From a virus (Duplodnaviria; Caudoviricetes), in the IMG/VR virus record IMGVR_UViG_3300037067_027684, positions 128,001 to 192,000 of that record: a DNA stretch of 64,000 bases; one strand, 5' to 3'. A program made the translations under genes and the position numbers. Below, piece by piece: positions 52,449 through 62,846 of the stretch. Position 1 is the first letter of the stretch; each line of letters begins with the position of its first letter. Under the pieces are notes generated by a model, which was not told the DNA's origin, did not search any database, and saw only the letters and a list, made by a program, of their open reading frames with translations.

Positions 52449-52967
52449 TTATTTTGTATCCTCGAAAAATTCGCGGCATCCTGCTGCAGTTATACTCGAT
52501 TCGATAATCCCGTCTTTAATCTCGTCTCGAACTTCCATCCACAACTTACCAAGCATATTGGTACCATCTTTGTTCTCACCCCAACCCCAGAAGTTGTCAC
52601 GCCATGAATTCTCGATAATTTGTCTATCACCTGTTTCTAGGAGTTTTCTGCGGACGTATTCGTGTCGTCCTGCTTTGGCACGTAGGATACGTCTCATTAC
52701 TTCTACTTTGACGGATTCCCAATTTGGGCGCACCGACATGTGGTTTACACGAGCTATCCGGAATGCTTCGTGTGCGGAGGGTGCTGTGCGGATGGATTCT
52801 CTCAGAATTGAGAGTTCGGGTGGGAATTTTTGCCATTGGTAGGCGTGTTCTGATGTTGGGAAGAGATTGGTATTCCAGATGAGGTCAAAGGCTGAGAAGT
52901 TACTGAGGGGGTAGAATTCTTGTTCGTAGAAGAATACTTCTTTTTGTGTGTCTAATCCGTGTGGCAT
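52449..52967 (-). CDS. NADAR (YbiA-like) family protein
   Basis: LSNF, FPTSEHAYQ..KF, W..VK..VM...LRAK, LLETG...IENS..D.FWG, NMLGKLWM.VR. Confidence 0.93.
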   Translation of the reverse strand: MPHGLDTQKEVFFYEQEFYPLSNFSAFDLIWNTNLFPTSEHAYQWQKFPPELSILRESIRTAPSAHEAFRIARVNHMSVRPNWESVKVEVMRRILRAKAGRHEYVRRKLLETGDRQIIENSWRDNFWGWGENKDGTNMLGKLWMEVRDEIKDGIIESSITAAGCREFFEDTK

Positions 52968-54317
52968 TTTTACCTCCTAGTCACTGAGGGTCCGATCTAG
53001 GAAATTTATGACATGCTCTTTGACGAATTCAAATGGTAGTTCAGTTTCTTTGATAATTATCTTAGTCATGGTCTCTGATCCCATCAATTCTTCTCCATTC
53101 TTCAGCGCTCGATCATAGTCCTTTGCGGTCCAATCTTTAGTTAGGCCATGGAGTTTTTCGCAGAGTTGTTCTATTTGGTAGACTAGGAAGTCACTGTGGT
53201 CTATTCGGTTGCAGTGCGCGCATTGTTTGTAGACGATTTTGGTTTTGAGGGTTTTGGAATATTTGATTCTGTAGGTGTAGTAATGGAAGAGGACATTTCT
53301 GCTTTGTGTGTTTTGTTCTCGTAATTCTGACATTAGGACCTCCAAGCGCGTCGTCGGAGGCCATCCCGACGCAAAGCAGATGCCACAACCCACTCAGCTT
53401 GCGCTATGGTATCACTGCACCGCGCTTATCTAATTCTTCCACGGTTTCTGTTTAGTCGTGCTCTTGCAGCTTCAGCGTCAGAATTCATATTCAGGTGTGT
53501 TTTCGCAGAATCAGCATGTCTTACTTCGGCTGATACCAAATAAGCTTCATCTTCTTCATAGCGAAATTGAAAGTTCACAGTAGAGTCCATTGGCATATTA
53601 GCTGCTTGTTTGAGATATATTTCGATATCAGAAACATTGAATGTTACGACGGTTGTTTTTTCGATTTTCCTGTCCATGCTGTCTCCTTACCATTCCCACC
53701 AGTGCACGCAGGACCATAGCAGATGATTCTGAATGGCGGCGGGTCAGGGAATTGTACGGTCACGTTCCCAACAACCAACGTCAGCATCAGTTGGGATTCT
53801 TTTTTCTTTCGTTTTCGCTTCATTTCTTCTCCTGTTCTTGATTTCGATAACACGTATCTACATTGTGCTCAATCCCTTCTATGTCTCGAAAGAATGACAC
53901 TTCACCTATAAACTTAGCAACTAACTTCCCACATATGTTGACTCGTAACCATCCAGTCTCAACTTCTATGTCGTGAAGTGGCCATTCGTCACCACTATAG
54001 AAATGTGCCACCAACGGCTGTGGCAGGCTGTCAATATGCTCCATTCTCAATTTGTCCATCACCTTCTTCTCCTTGAAGGCCCAAAGCTTATCACGTGGAG
54101 TTTGGGGATCAGGCGATTGAAGAGGTTGACAAAGTATTGCATCAGCTCCATGATCACGCTTCATAATTTCTTCGATCTTGCGTTCTGGGTCTGCTGGTAC
54201 TCCCGCACCATCTTCTATCAAAATAGTCAGGTCTTCTTCAAGAGTCAAATTACCCTTCCTATACATGCAGTGTACTTTGAATGGGATCATTTCAACTAGA
54301 GTAAGATTCTTCATTGT

Positions 54318-55535
54318 TTACCTTTCGTCTAAAACATTCTTGCCATCCTTGGCCATTTGATTATAGAAAATATCTGCTGCCATCTTAAGTTGAAGGTTGC
54401 TATCTAACCAATCCTTAAGCTCAGTAATCTCCTTATCCAACATCCTTCTCTCTTCGGTTACATCTACCAGTCTTTGGGATTTGCGGATGTAAGTTATCAA
54501 GTCATCTAACGTTGGTTGGGCATGAATTGGTTCAAGGTGCTCAACGATTGGTTGGAGTCTTGATTCTACTTGTTTGGTTACTGCTTCTGCCTTCTCTAAT
54601 TCAGGCTCCAGGGCTACGGCTTGGATTACTTCTGGTGCTTGGTGGCTTACTTCAATCCATCCTTCTTCTGTGACTTCATATCCATCTTGAGTCTTTTTGA
54701 TCCAGCAAGTATCTCTTGAGTGACAGATTGTGGTGAAGAGCCTTAGGACTCCCTTGGGATGGATGTCTTTGGCTTTGTACTTGTCTTTAAAGAAGTCAGT
54801 CATCCATTTAATTGCTTCTTCATATGGAACTGATTTGGGTTTGTGACTTTCGGCGATTATTGAGAATACTTGTACGAATTCATGGATTCTGTTTGGGTCT
54901 TTGGTGTAGGAGAGTAGTGATAGGCGTCCATCCGAGTCTGGTTGGCCTGAGAATAGGTCATTCTTGGAGGTTGTGGTTGCGATGCCATCGGTTCGGATGG
55001 TGCAGGGGTATGGTTTGCTAGTGTCTGCTATTACTACTCTTAGTAGTGATCCTACTGGGTATTTGTTTAAGTCTTTTTTGTCGTAGGATTCAGACACGTC
55101 TTGTAGTGGAATGAATCCTTCATATTTCTCATCGATTAGGATGTCCATTCCGTGTTGTAGGTGGGTGACTATTCTGGCTTTTCTGAGTTGGTTTACTGTT
55201 GGTTCTTCGACTTCTTCGGTTGGTGTTTCTACTTCTTGTGCTACTTCTTTTTCATTGAGTTGTTCTATGTCGAATCCTTTGGGTGGTCGTACTGTGATTC
55301 GCCAGCTTGAGCTTTTATCAAATGGCCTCACTGCGTAGATTGCGTATTGGTTTTCTTTTGAAATCTTACGGAGTTCTATCTTTTCGGTGGTATTTTCTCC
55401 TGTTTTCTTGAATAGTTCTGCTTCCCAATCTCCTTCGTATCCTCGTTCGTTCAGGTAACTTCGGAGGATAGATTTGATTTGGTTGGCTAGGTTACTTCTG
55501 ATTTTGTTAGATGATGGGAAGGATAGGTTTATCAT
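54318..55535 (-). CDS. S1 (OB-fold) domain protein
   Basis: ARIVTHLQHGMDILID..YEGFIPLQDVS...YPVGSLLRVVI. Confidence 0.65.
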   Translation of the reverse strand: MINLSFPSSNKIRSNLANQIKSILRSYLNERGYEGDWEAELFKKTGENTTEKIELRKISKENQYAIYAVRPFDKSSSWRITVRPPKGFDIEQLNEKEVAQEVETPTEEVEEPTVNQLRKARIVTHLQHGMDILIDEKYEGFIPLQDVSESYDKKDLNKYPVGSLLRVVIADTSKPYPCTIRTDGIATTTSKNDLFSGQPDSDGRLSLLSYTKDPNRIHEFVQVFSIIAESHKPKSVPYEEAIKWMTDFFKDKYKAKDIHPKGVLRLFTTICHSRDTCWIKKTQDGYEVTEEGWIEVSHQAPEVIQAVALEPELEKAEAVTKQVESRLQPIVEHLEPIHAQPTLDDLITYIRKSQRLVDVTEERRMLDKEITELKDWLDSNLQLKMAADIFYNQMAKDGKNVLDER

Positions 55536-55930
55536 TGGCTTGCCTCATACTTGGCCAATATTTCTTCCATCTTCTTGATTTGGGTTCGCAATTCTCGTAC
55601 GAGGGGAGATTTCTTGCTAGACACAGATTCGTCGGGTGTCTTTAGTAGGAATTGTCGATTGAATCCTTCACCTTGTTGAATTATTTGGTCTGCTTTGCAT
55701 AATTTACGGCATTGGGCCATTATTACCCATCGTTTGCCCATTTGGATTTGTTCTTCTAAAGGTCTTGTTTGGTCACGTTTGCCGCTTTTTTGGTAAGTTA
55801 AGTAGATTTGTGATGCTTTTTCTGAGGTTATGCATTGTCCAGCGATATTCAGGAGTTCACCTAATTCATGCCATTGTTTATCCTGCAATATTTCAAGAAT
55901 CTTCGCTCGTATGGTTTGGTTGATTGACAT
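55532..55930 (-). CDS. possible winged-helix protein
   Basis: ILEILQDKQWHELGEL pattern. Confidence 0.4.
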   Translation of the reverse strand: MSINQTIRAKILEILQDKQWHELGELLNIAGQCITSEKASQIYLTYQKSGKRDQTRPLEEQIQMGKRWVIMAQCRKLCKADQIIQQGEGFNRQFLLKTPDESVSSKKSPLVRELRTQIKKMEEILAKYEASQ

Positions 55931-56162
55931 TTCACGCTCCCAAGGGGTCTACTACGATGCCAATAGTGTGAGTAATTTCACCAATGTGGTTCGGCTTGAA
56001 GAAATGCTCAACTGAATAGACTTTGAATCTGTGAGGACCATCATCAAGAAACAACATGACAACTTCCCCTACTCTAGGGATAAACTCTAGGTTAATATCT
56101 TTAATGAAATCTTCTTTCTTAGAACCATGGCAAAATCTAGCCAACATGTGACCTCCCATCTC

Positions 56163-57113
56163 TCAGATTCTCGCTTTGAGGTCTTTGAGGGAATCAATGA
56201 TTTCGTTCACGTCACTCTTGAGTTCTTTCCTTTCTTTCTTATCGTTGGTGAGTTTTTCAATTGGCGGGAAGCACTTACCATTATTCCCCGTAGCTAGGAA
56301 GCTCCGCATCCTAGTCAATTCTCGTCGGAGGTTGGTTTCGGGGCGATTCTTCTTACCAGTATTCTGGTCATTGATTTTCTTCTTCCAAGCAACAATAACA
56401 GCAATCTGCTCGTCTTCGGTTTGCTTCTCCCTAATATCCTTGACCATTTCTTCAACTTGGGCAGTTGGAAGTTTGTAGTCAGAGACTACTCGTCCTGCGT
56501 CCTTTAGGACGTTGATGTTGTCCTTAACGGGGGAGAGTGATGCCAGGACCGAGGAGCAGATTCCCTTGGTATCGACGTTTTTGGATTGGAGCCTCTCCCG
56601 CACGTCTTGGGCGGTGTTTTCAGCGGTGATTTTGCTATAGGTTTCTGGTTTGCCGCCGAAGAATTGGTCGTTAAGATCTCTCATCGAGATTTTGTACTTG
56701 CGGTGTTGTTCGACGCAGGCTGCGATTTTCTCTTCTGTGTTGAGGTTCCTGCCGTGGCGGATGTTGTCTTGGCGAATGAATGCGTCTCGTTGAAGGTCTG
56801 TGATTGAGCTATCGCAGACGTAGGCGTCTACTATTTTGAGTCCTGCTTGGATTGCGCCGTTGACTCGGTTGTTGCCGCCTAGGATATAGCCTCCTTCGAC
56901 GATTACGATTGCGGGGAAGCGTACTCCTTCTTTCATTTTGCTGGCGTAAAGGGTGCAGTCGTCATCGTTTAGGGCTTTGCCGAATCGGGCGTTGTTTTTC
57001 TTGGAGTCCTCTACTTTGAGGGTGTTGATTTTGAGGTTCTCGACGTACTTCCATTTAATCTTGAGGGAGTCGAGCAACTGTTCAACGGATGAGTCCTTTT
57101 CCCACATGGTCAA
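56163..57113 (-). CDS. ParB/Srx-like N-terminal domain protein
   Basis: YASKMKEGVRFPAIVI...ILGGNNRV.GA...VDAYV; N..HG..L. Confidence 0.65.
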   Translation of the reverse strand: MTMWEKDSSVEQLLDSLKIKWKYVENLKINTLKVEDSKKNNARFGKALNDDDCTLYASKMKEGVRFPAIVIVEGGYILGGNNRVNGAIQAGLKIVDAYVCDSSITDLQRDAFIRQDNIRHGRNLNTEEKIAACVEQHRKYKISMRDLNDQFFGGKPETYSKITAENTAQDVRERLQSKNVDTKGICSSVLASLSPVKDNINVLKDAGRVVSDYKLPTAQVEEMVKDIREKQTEDEQIAVIVAWKKKINDQNTGKKNRPETNLRRELTRMRSFLATGNNGKCFPPIEKLTNDKKERKELKSDVNEIIDSLKDLKARI

Positions 57114-57589
57114 GTATCTCCTTTTGGTTGTCCCTTGGTATTGGTGTCGCGGTTATGAGGAATTAGAAGTTACATCTAAAGAGAATAGCTGTAATTGTTG
57201 AAATGAGCAGTCCTAATAGTAACCCAATCAGGAGTCCTCGATGATATCCTTCTTTATAACAAAAACCAGCTAATTCTGATGCTTTCGAGCAGATTTCTGT
57301 TTCCCTTTTGGTTTGCGGCCATGGCATTGGTGCTTTCGGCATTTGGATTCTCCACCCAGAGTGCGAATTAGAAATTCTATTAGATTTTCACCACCAACTT
57401 TTCGCTCTTTGGGAGTCTTCCTGTCTTGGGTTGACAACTCTTCAATAACTAGATCGATTGCGTCTTCAAGTTGGTCAATGCGCTTTTCAACATCTTTATA
57501 GAAAACAAATTCACCATTTTTGTGTTTACATAAACGGAAGGAGGGTCCATGGAACAAGCGGGGGTTGCATCTTGATAATCGATATCGTG

Positions 57590-58162
57590 TCATTTGTTCT
57601 CTCCGTAGAAATGGGAGATTAGGTCGGCCTGGGCACGTAACTCAGCAACCAAATTACACATTAATTCAGGTGCGTCATTCCAGAGAGCATCAGCCAATTG
57701 TAGACTTTCAAATGCATACAGCCTCTTGAAAGCAGGACTTGCCTCATCTTCCATCAATTCTTTGAGGTTATCAATCCTATCGACTAATTTGATGATTTTG
57801 ACTTCAAGCGGTTGTTTACTTAACCGTTCTCGGTCTTTCTGTTTACGTTCGGCTCTGGTCAATCCACGTTTCTTCGGTTGGTTGGTTAATCCAAGAACCC
57901 ACAAGCATACTTGCTCACCGAAGATTTGATCAATATCGTCTAGGACTTTCTGGTACCGGTCTTTACCACACTCTTCTAACACATCGTGGAGTTCGCCAGC
58001 AATACAAACGTTATCTGGTAAGCCTAATTCGATTAACCTATCGCAAACTCTATCAGGGTGGGTGATGTAGGGTCTTCCGTTATACTTTCTGGTTTGGCCT
58101 TTATGAATTTCTGTGGCGTATTCTTTGGCTCTAACGACTTTGGGCGACATTGTTTGGGTCAT
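57590..58162 (-). CDS. HD-domain small alarmone hydrolase (Mesh1/SpoT-HD-like)
   Basis: A..YA...HKGQTRK...PYITHP..V, LHDVLE, LTN, IKLVDRIDNL. Confidence 0.9.
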   Translation of the reverse strand: MTQTMSPKVVRAKEYATEIHKGQTRKYNGRPYITHPDRVCDRLIELGLPDNVCIAGELHDVLEECGKDRYQKVLDDIDQIFGEQVCLWVLGLTNQPKKRGLTRAERKQKDRERLSKQPLEVKIIKLVDRIDNLKELMEDEASPAFKRLYAFESLQLADALWNDAPELMCNLVAELRAQADLISHFYGENK

Positions 58163-58574
58163 TTAGCACTCCTTTCTCAAGTCTAGGCGTAAAATCGGGT
58201 TTACGCTTTTGTCGTTCGATTAATTCTAGGCAATGGTGGCAGATTACTTTATCATGCCAGCAACGTTCTTCGTAGTTGCAAGAGATTTGGACCCATCCGG
58301 ATGGTGGCTTAGTCAGCAGAGGGATGGTTTCGCTTGTCCAACAGAGGTCACATACCCATTTAGTCAGGTGTTCTACTGCCATTTTTGGTTTCCTCCAAAT
58401 AGATTAATCGTGCTTGTTGCTTCATGGCTTCTGTTAAACCTCGTTCAAATTCTTTATATACTCGGAAGTATGCGTCCTTTTTAGTCATCTTCCCATTCTC
58501 GGTTAGTTGTTTGAATCGTTTGGTCATGACGTTTTGAATTGCTGCTATTACGTCTGGTGTTTCAAACCAAGGCA

Positions 58575-59156
58575 TTAGTTCCCCTCCATAATCAATTTTC
58601 TATCGCCAATTTCTGCATTTGGTGTTCTAGATCCAGGGATTAGTCGCCCGAGGACTTTTGGGTATGAGTATGCGCATTGAAATATCCCAGTTTTAAGGAT
58701 TGTTTCCATCTTGTAGATTACTAATTTTGGGGCGTTGATTATCATTCCTTTGTCATTTACGACATTCCCATTGAGGCATGGGTGATTGATCAGTGGCATT
58801 GCTTCAACTAGTAACTTATCCCAATTTTGATGTAGGAAGCAAATATCATCATCTGCTTTGATGACGTATTCATATTTCGACATCCACGAGTAACTTGGGT
58901 TCATACGTAGACAATCTACATAGGAGTACCAATTCATGTATTCAACGTCGTGATGGAATATGCAGTGGGCGGTTGGTAGTCTATCTTCTGGGAAGGTTAC
59001 GTCTCTTAGGGCTGTTTTGTCCAGCATGAATATTCTTGCGACTGGGGAGTCTGCTGAGTGCAATGTCTGTCGATCAACAGATACTGTCTCGATCAGTGAG
59101 TCGTCCATTTCGACCCAGTGGTTACAGGTTATCTTTACTAGAATTAGTACTTTCAC
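58575..59156 (-). CDS. hypothetical protein with KADDD segment and C-terminal EIGDRKLIM tag
   Basis: YEYVIKADDDICF (glycosyltransferase-like segment); ends AEIGDRKLIMEGN. Confidence 0.6.
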   Translation of the reverse strand: MKVLILVKITCNHWVEMDDSLIETVSVDRQTLHSADSPVARIFMLDKTALRDVTFPEDRLPTAHCIFHHDVEYMNWYSYVDCLRMNPSYSWMSKYEYVIKADDDICFLHQNWDKLLVEAMPLINHPCLNGNVVNDKGMIINAPKLVIYKMETILKTGIFQCAYSYPKVLGRLIPGSRTPNAEIGDRKLIMEGN

Positions 59157-60372
59157 GATTTCTTTTGAAATCCACCATGGGCCTGTAGGTTGAGGGTGTC
59201 CATTTGGCGTCGGTAAGCTTGTTTGACTGCAAGAAAATGTCGTTCCATGGCCTCAATCTGTACTCGTAGTTCGCTCATGCTGTCTTGGTTGAGGTTTTTG
59301 ATGCCTGGAATCAATCCGTTTTCTAGGGCGTAAAGCTCTAATTCGGCTCGACCAGCTAAATCCAAAATCAGTTTGTCAACGGCTGGATCACCTTGGCAAG
59401 GTTCACTCATTTTCTTTCTCCTTAGTGTCAGATACTCTCGATTGTTCGACTACAGCTTCAACATCTTTCTTTATCTCTTGTAGAGCTGACATAAAGGCTG
59501 CTGTGTCTTCTTCATACGTGGTGTCAGGGGTGCACCATCTAAATTCGATGCCAAGTCTTTTCATTTCTGGGCTAATGTCTTTGGTGTGTAGGTTGAATAT
59601 TGTGTTGAATTTGAATTCTGGTCCTGCTTTGGAGTTATAGATGGTTTCTGCTCTGTTAATTAGTTCGAGTAGTTTCTTCATGCATCCTCCTTGTTAAACG
59701 TCTTGGGCTAGGGCTTCTATTCTTGAGGCTAGGTCTCCTAGTTCGTTGGCTTCTTCCATGAAAGATTGCCAATTATATTTTGGCTCTTCTCCTTTTAGCT
59801 TAGATATTTGGTTTGCTGCTTTCATTGCTGCTATTCGTGCGTTACATTGATCTGCTTGGGTTCTTAGTGCTATGATTTTGCCGACGTAGTAATTCATGGG
59901 TTACTCACCTCCCAAAGCCGCAATCATCGTGTCTAGAATGTTGCTGTACGCAACACTGGCTCTCCTAGCCTCCGAGAAGAGGGCAGGCAACATTGAATGC
60001 TCTATGTGGTCAATATTTTGACTTCTCTCGTTTCATTCATCGTTTTCTCCTACTTTCCTTACTGGAAACATTTGATCCCATTCTTAAGGATGTAATCGAC
60101 CTTCTTGTAAGTCTCCCACAATGTCAAAGCATCACACAACAGTTTCTGGCGAACGTTCGGTGGAATACGTTTAAATGAAGTAATTTTCTTGGGCTTAAAA
60201 TCACCCCATTCTGCGTCTAACTCTTCGAACCACAGGAATTCAGCAATCTTAATAAGCTCTTTCTTGTGGGGGTGTTTGGCCATGAAGGTTGGACTGGGAG
60301 AATAGGTTCGTAGGTCCATTTTTCTGATTGCTTCGGACCAACCTTCAAGCCAATTTTTACAAGCTTTGTTCT

Positions 60373-61173
60373 TCATTGTAATTCCTTCTTGACGTGGACG
60401 ATTTCAACTTGGGTTGAAACTCCGGACCACTCTTTCAGGTACACTGAGGTATCGATGCTGGTTGCTTCGAAAATGATACCTGTTTGGTCTTTAAACTTCT
60501 CGTATTCTTTATTCAAAACCTGTTGGTAATTCATACATCCACTGTAATGGAATGGACAGGATCGTTGGTCTACAATAAAGGTTGCAAACTTCACATATTG
60601 TAAGGCGATTTCTGCAAGCGCGTATGTGGATTTACCACCGGTATAGTTCAGGCCGGTGAAGTTGGTTGGCTTGATTTTGAGGAAGGGTGGGTTGCTGATT
60701 ACCTCGTAGGCTGAGCCAATTTGTTCCCAAGTTTTGGCGTCAAAGGCATCCCCTAGAATCCATTTGGCGTCTGGGAGGATTCGTTTGCCTACTTCTATGA
60801 AGGTTGGGTTGTTTTCAACACAGATGTGTTTTGCCCCACCGCCTCCCATTATTTCTTCTGCGAAGCTTAATGCTCCAATTCCTGCACATACGTCCACAAT
60901 GGTTCCGATCCCAATTACTTCTAGAGAAAAATCTCTTGCTAAGTCATAAGGGGTGAAGAATGTTCCTGTTTTGCCAACATTGTGGGAGGCTTGTGGGTTC
61001 CAGTTTTTGAGGATGTAGATTTTCTCGTCTATGGTTAGGGGTTTGTCTTGTTTGTGACATTTTACCCAATCATAGGAGTCTGTTTTTTCGTGATAGAAGA
61101 GGCATGCTGTGCCGTCAACTAATTGTTGGGCTTGTTCGTGATTTTTGGTTGCTATTTTGCTTAATTTAGACAT
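60373..61173 (-). CDS. SAM-dependent methyltransferase, probably DNA amino-methyltransferase
   Basis: GTFFTP (motif X), VDVCAGIG (motif I), VEN, GDAF, ISNPPF (motif IV). Confidence 0.88.
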   Translation of the reverse strand: MSKLSKIATKNHEQAQQLVDGTACLFYHEKTDSYDWVKCHKQDKPLTIDEKIYILKNWNPQASHNVGKTGTFFTPYDLARDFSLEVIGIGTIVDVCAGIGALSFAEEIMGGGGAKHICVENNPTFIEVGKRILPDAKWILGDAFDAKTWEQIGSAYEVISNPPFLKIKPTNFTGLNYTGGKSTYALAEIALQYVKFATFIVDQRSCPFHYSGCMNYQQVLNKEYEKFKDQTGIIFEATSIDTSVYLKEWSGVSTQVEIVHVKKELQ

Positions 61174-62124
61174 TTTTCTCCTTAACCGGCCAGAGTTTGG
61201 GGAATTTACCATCACGCATTTGATTTACTCGTCGTGTGATCAATTCGATGTGATCTGTGTTTAGCCCTTCACCAAGAAGGGAGACTAGGGCTTTGCACCA
61301 TAATTTGTCTCGTTCAAGGCATTCTTGTGGCTCACTGGTTTTGTCGTTAACGAATTTAAACTCTACCATCAAATCAGGGAATCCTTGGTCGATTGTGGAT
61401 TCAAGGCTCACTACAAGTTGCGCAACCGTAAGTCTCTGTGGGATGTCCGGTTCGGGTGGGTACGGGAAATCTTTTGGGTCGTATGAGTTTACAATTGGTC
61501 TGTCTTTCATTCTTTCACCTTTAGCACTTTGGCTGTCCCTTCATCCAAATCAAGTTCAATCCTGATGTTCTCACCCCATTCGATAAATTTTTGGGCAACT
61601 TCCTTAATCTTTTCGCACTTTTCTTCGGATTCTTCGGAGCCGTGCATTTCTATTTCGTTTTCGCAGGCGTAGGACACAACATCTGGTGTTTTGAACCTGA
61701 GGCATACTTTACCATATTTCTTCTGAGATACTCCAGTGGGCGAGTTTGCCTTTTCTTTAAGAATAGTTTCTGGAAGGTAGACGCAATAAGAGTTGCATTG
61801 GTCGAACGCTACCTCGACTTCTCTGCCAACTGGATTAGGGTAATCCTTCTTGAGGTCTTGGACATTTAGGATGCGAAATGTAGATCCTTGGAGTCTGCCT
61901 GTGCTGAGTATTGCTTGGTATTCTTTGGTTGCTTCGTAGATTACGACGTGTGCGTGTTCTATCATTGGTCTCTCCTTCGTATGTTCTTTACTAGTTCAGC
62001 CATTTCTTTGAGCCATGGTTTGGGGATTGCTTTGCCTGCTTTCAGGTATCGGTTTCCTGCTTCGATGATTTCAAGCAAGCGTTCTTCCTCCGCTATCCAG
62101 CGGGGTCTGAGTCCTAGTGGAGGC

Positions 62125-62361
62125 TTAGTAGGTTGCTGCATCTCTGCGATTCCAGCAGTCAGCCATCTTTTGTTTGAGTTGGTCGGTATTTTGACCTTTT
62201 TCATGGAGGTCAAATTCATCGTAAATCACATGCATCGACCCGAAACAATCCTTATTCTTGCAGACTATATTGAGTGATGGGAATGATTTCATATTCCCGT
62301 ATGTTTCGGTGAATTTGGCTTCTGATCCACAGTGGGGGCATGGCTTTAGGGTCGGTTCCAC
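62125..62361 (-). CDS. Lar-like (restriction alleviation) zinc-finger protein
   Basis: LKPCPHCGSEA...IVCKNKDC. Confidence 0.55.
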   Translation of the reverse strand: MEPTLKPCPHCGSEAKFTETYGNMKSFPSLNIVCKNKDCFGSMHVIYDEFDLHEKGQNTDQLKQKMADCWNRRDAATY

Positions 62362-62846
62362 GTTATTTCCTCTTTAACGTTCTGGATGCCATCCACATAG
62401 CTGTATCAATTGTTTCGTAACGGAGGTCGGACATTTGATCCCGATCATTGGCATTCCAATCTTTTGGTATTACTAGGTGTTTGTTGGCTTCAGCTAGCCA
62501 TTGGCTGAGCTTGACATAATTATGCTTCTCCCAATAGTGACCGTGGTTGATTATGTAGGAATGTTCATCGAACTTGGTGAAGTCAATTCCATCGTGATAA
62601 CCACGGATGAACTTCATTAGGTCTTTCTTGGTGAACTTCTTCATTTTGGGCTTCATTTTTCCTCCTTAATAACTGAGACTTTGGGTACCCAGACTGCTCC
62701 TTTTTCGCCTTTGAATTTGACGAAAATCTTATTGTCGGTTCCGGCCCAATAGACTTTACCGGTTTTCTTTCCGTCTGCTGTTTTGATCTTGTCACCTTGG
62801 GTGAGGATTACTTGTTCTGGTTTCATCTTGATCCTTTCTTGTTAGC

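Noticed and set aside
52605-52645. LLETGDRQIIE in the NADAR protein resembles the ELGDR tag
   Set aside because: It is internal and part of the conserved NADAR family motif.
58575-59156. Calling this ORF a glycosyltransferase
   Set aside because: Only a short KADDD segment matches; the rest of a GT-A fold is not recognisable.
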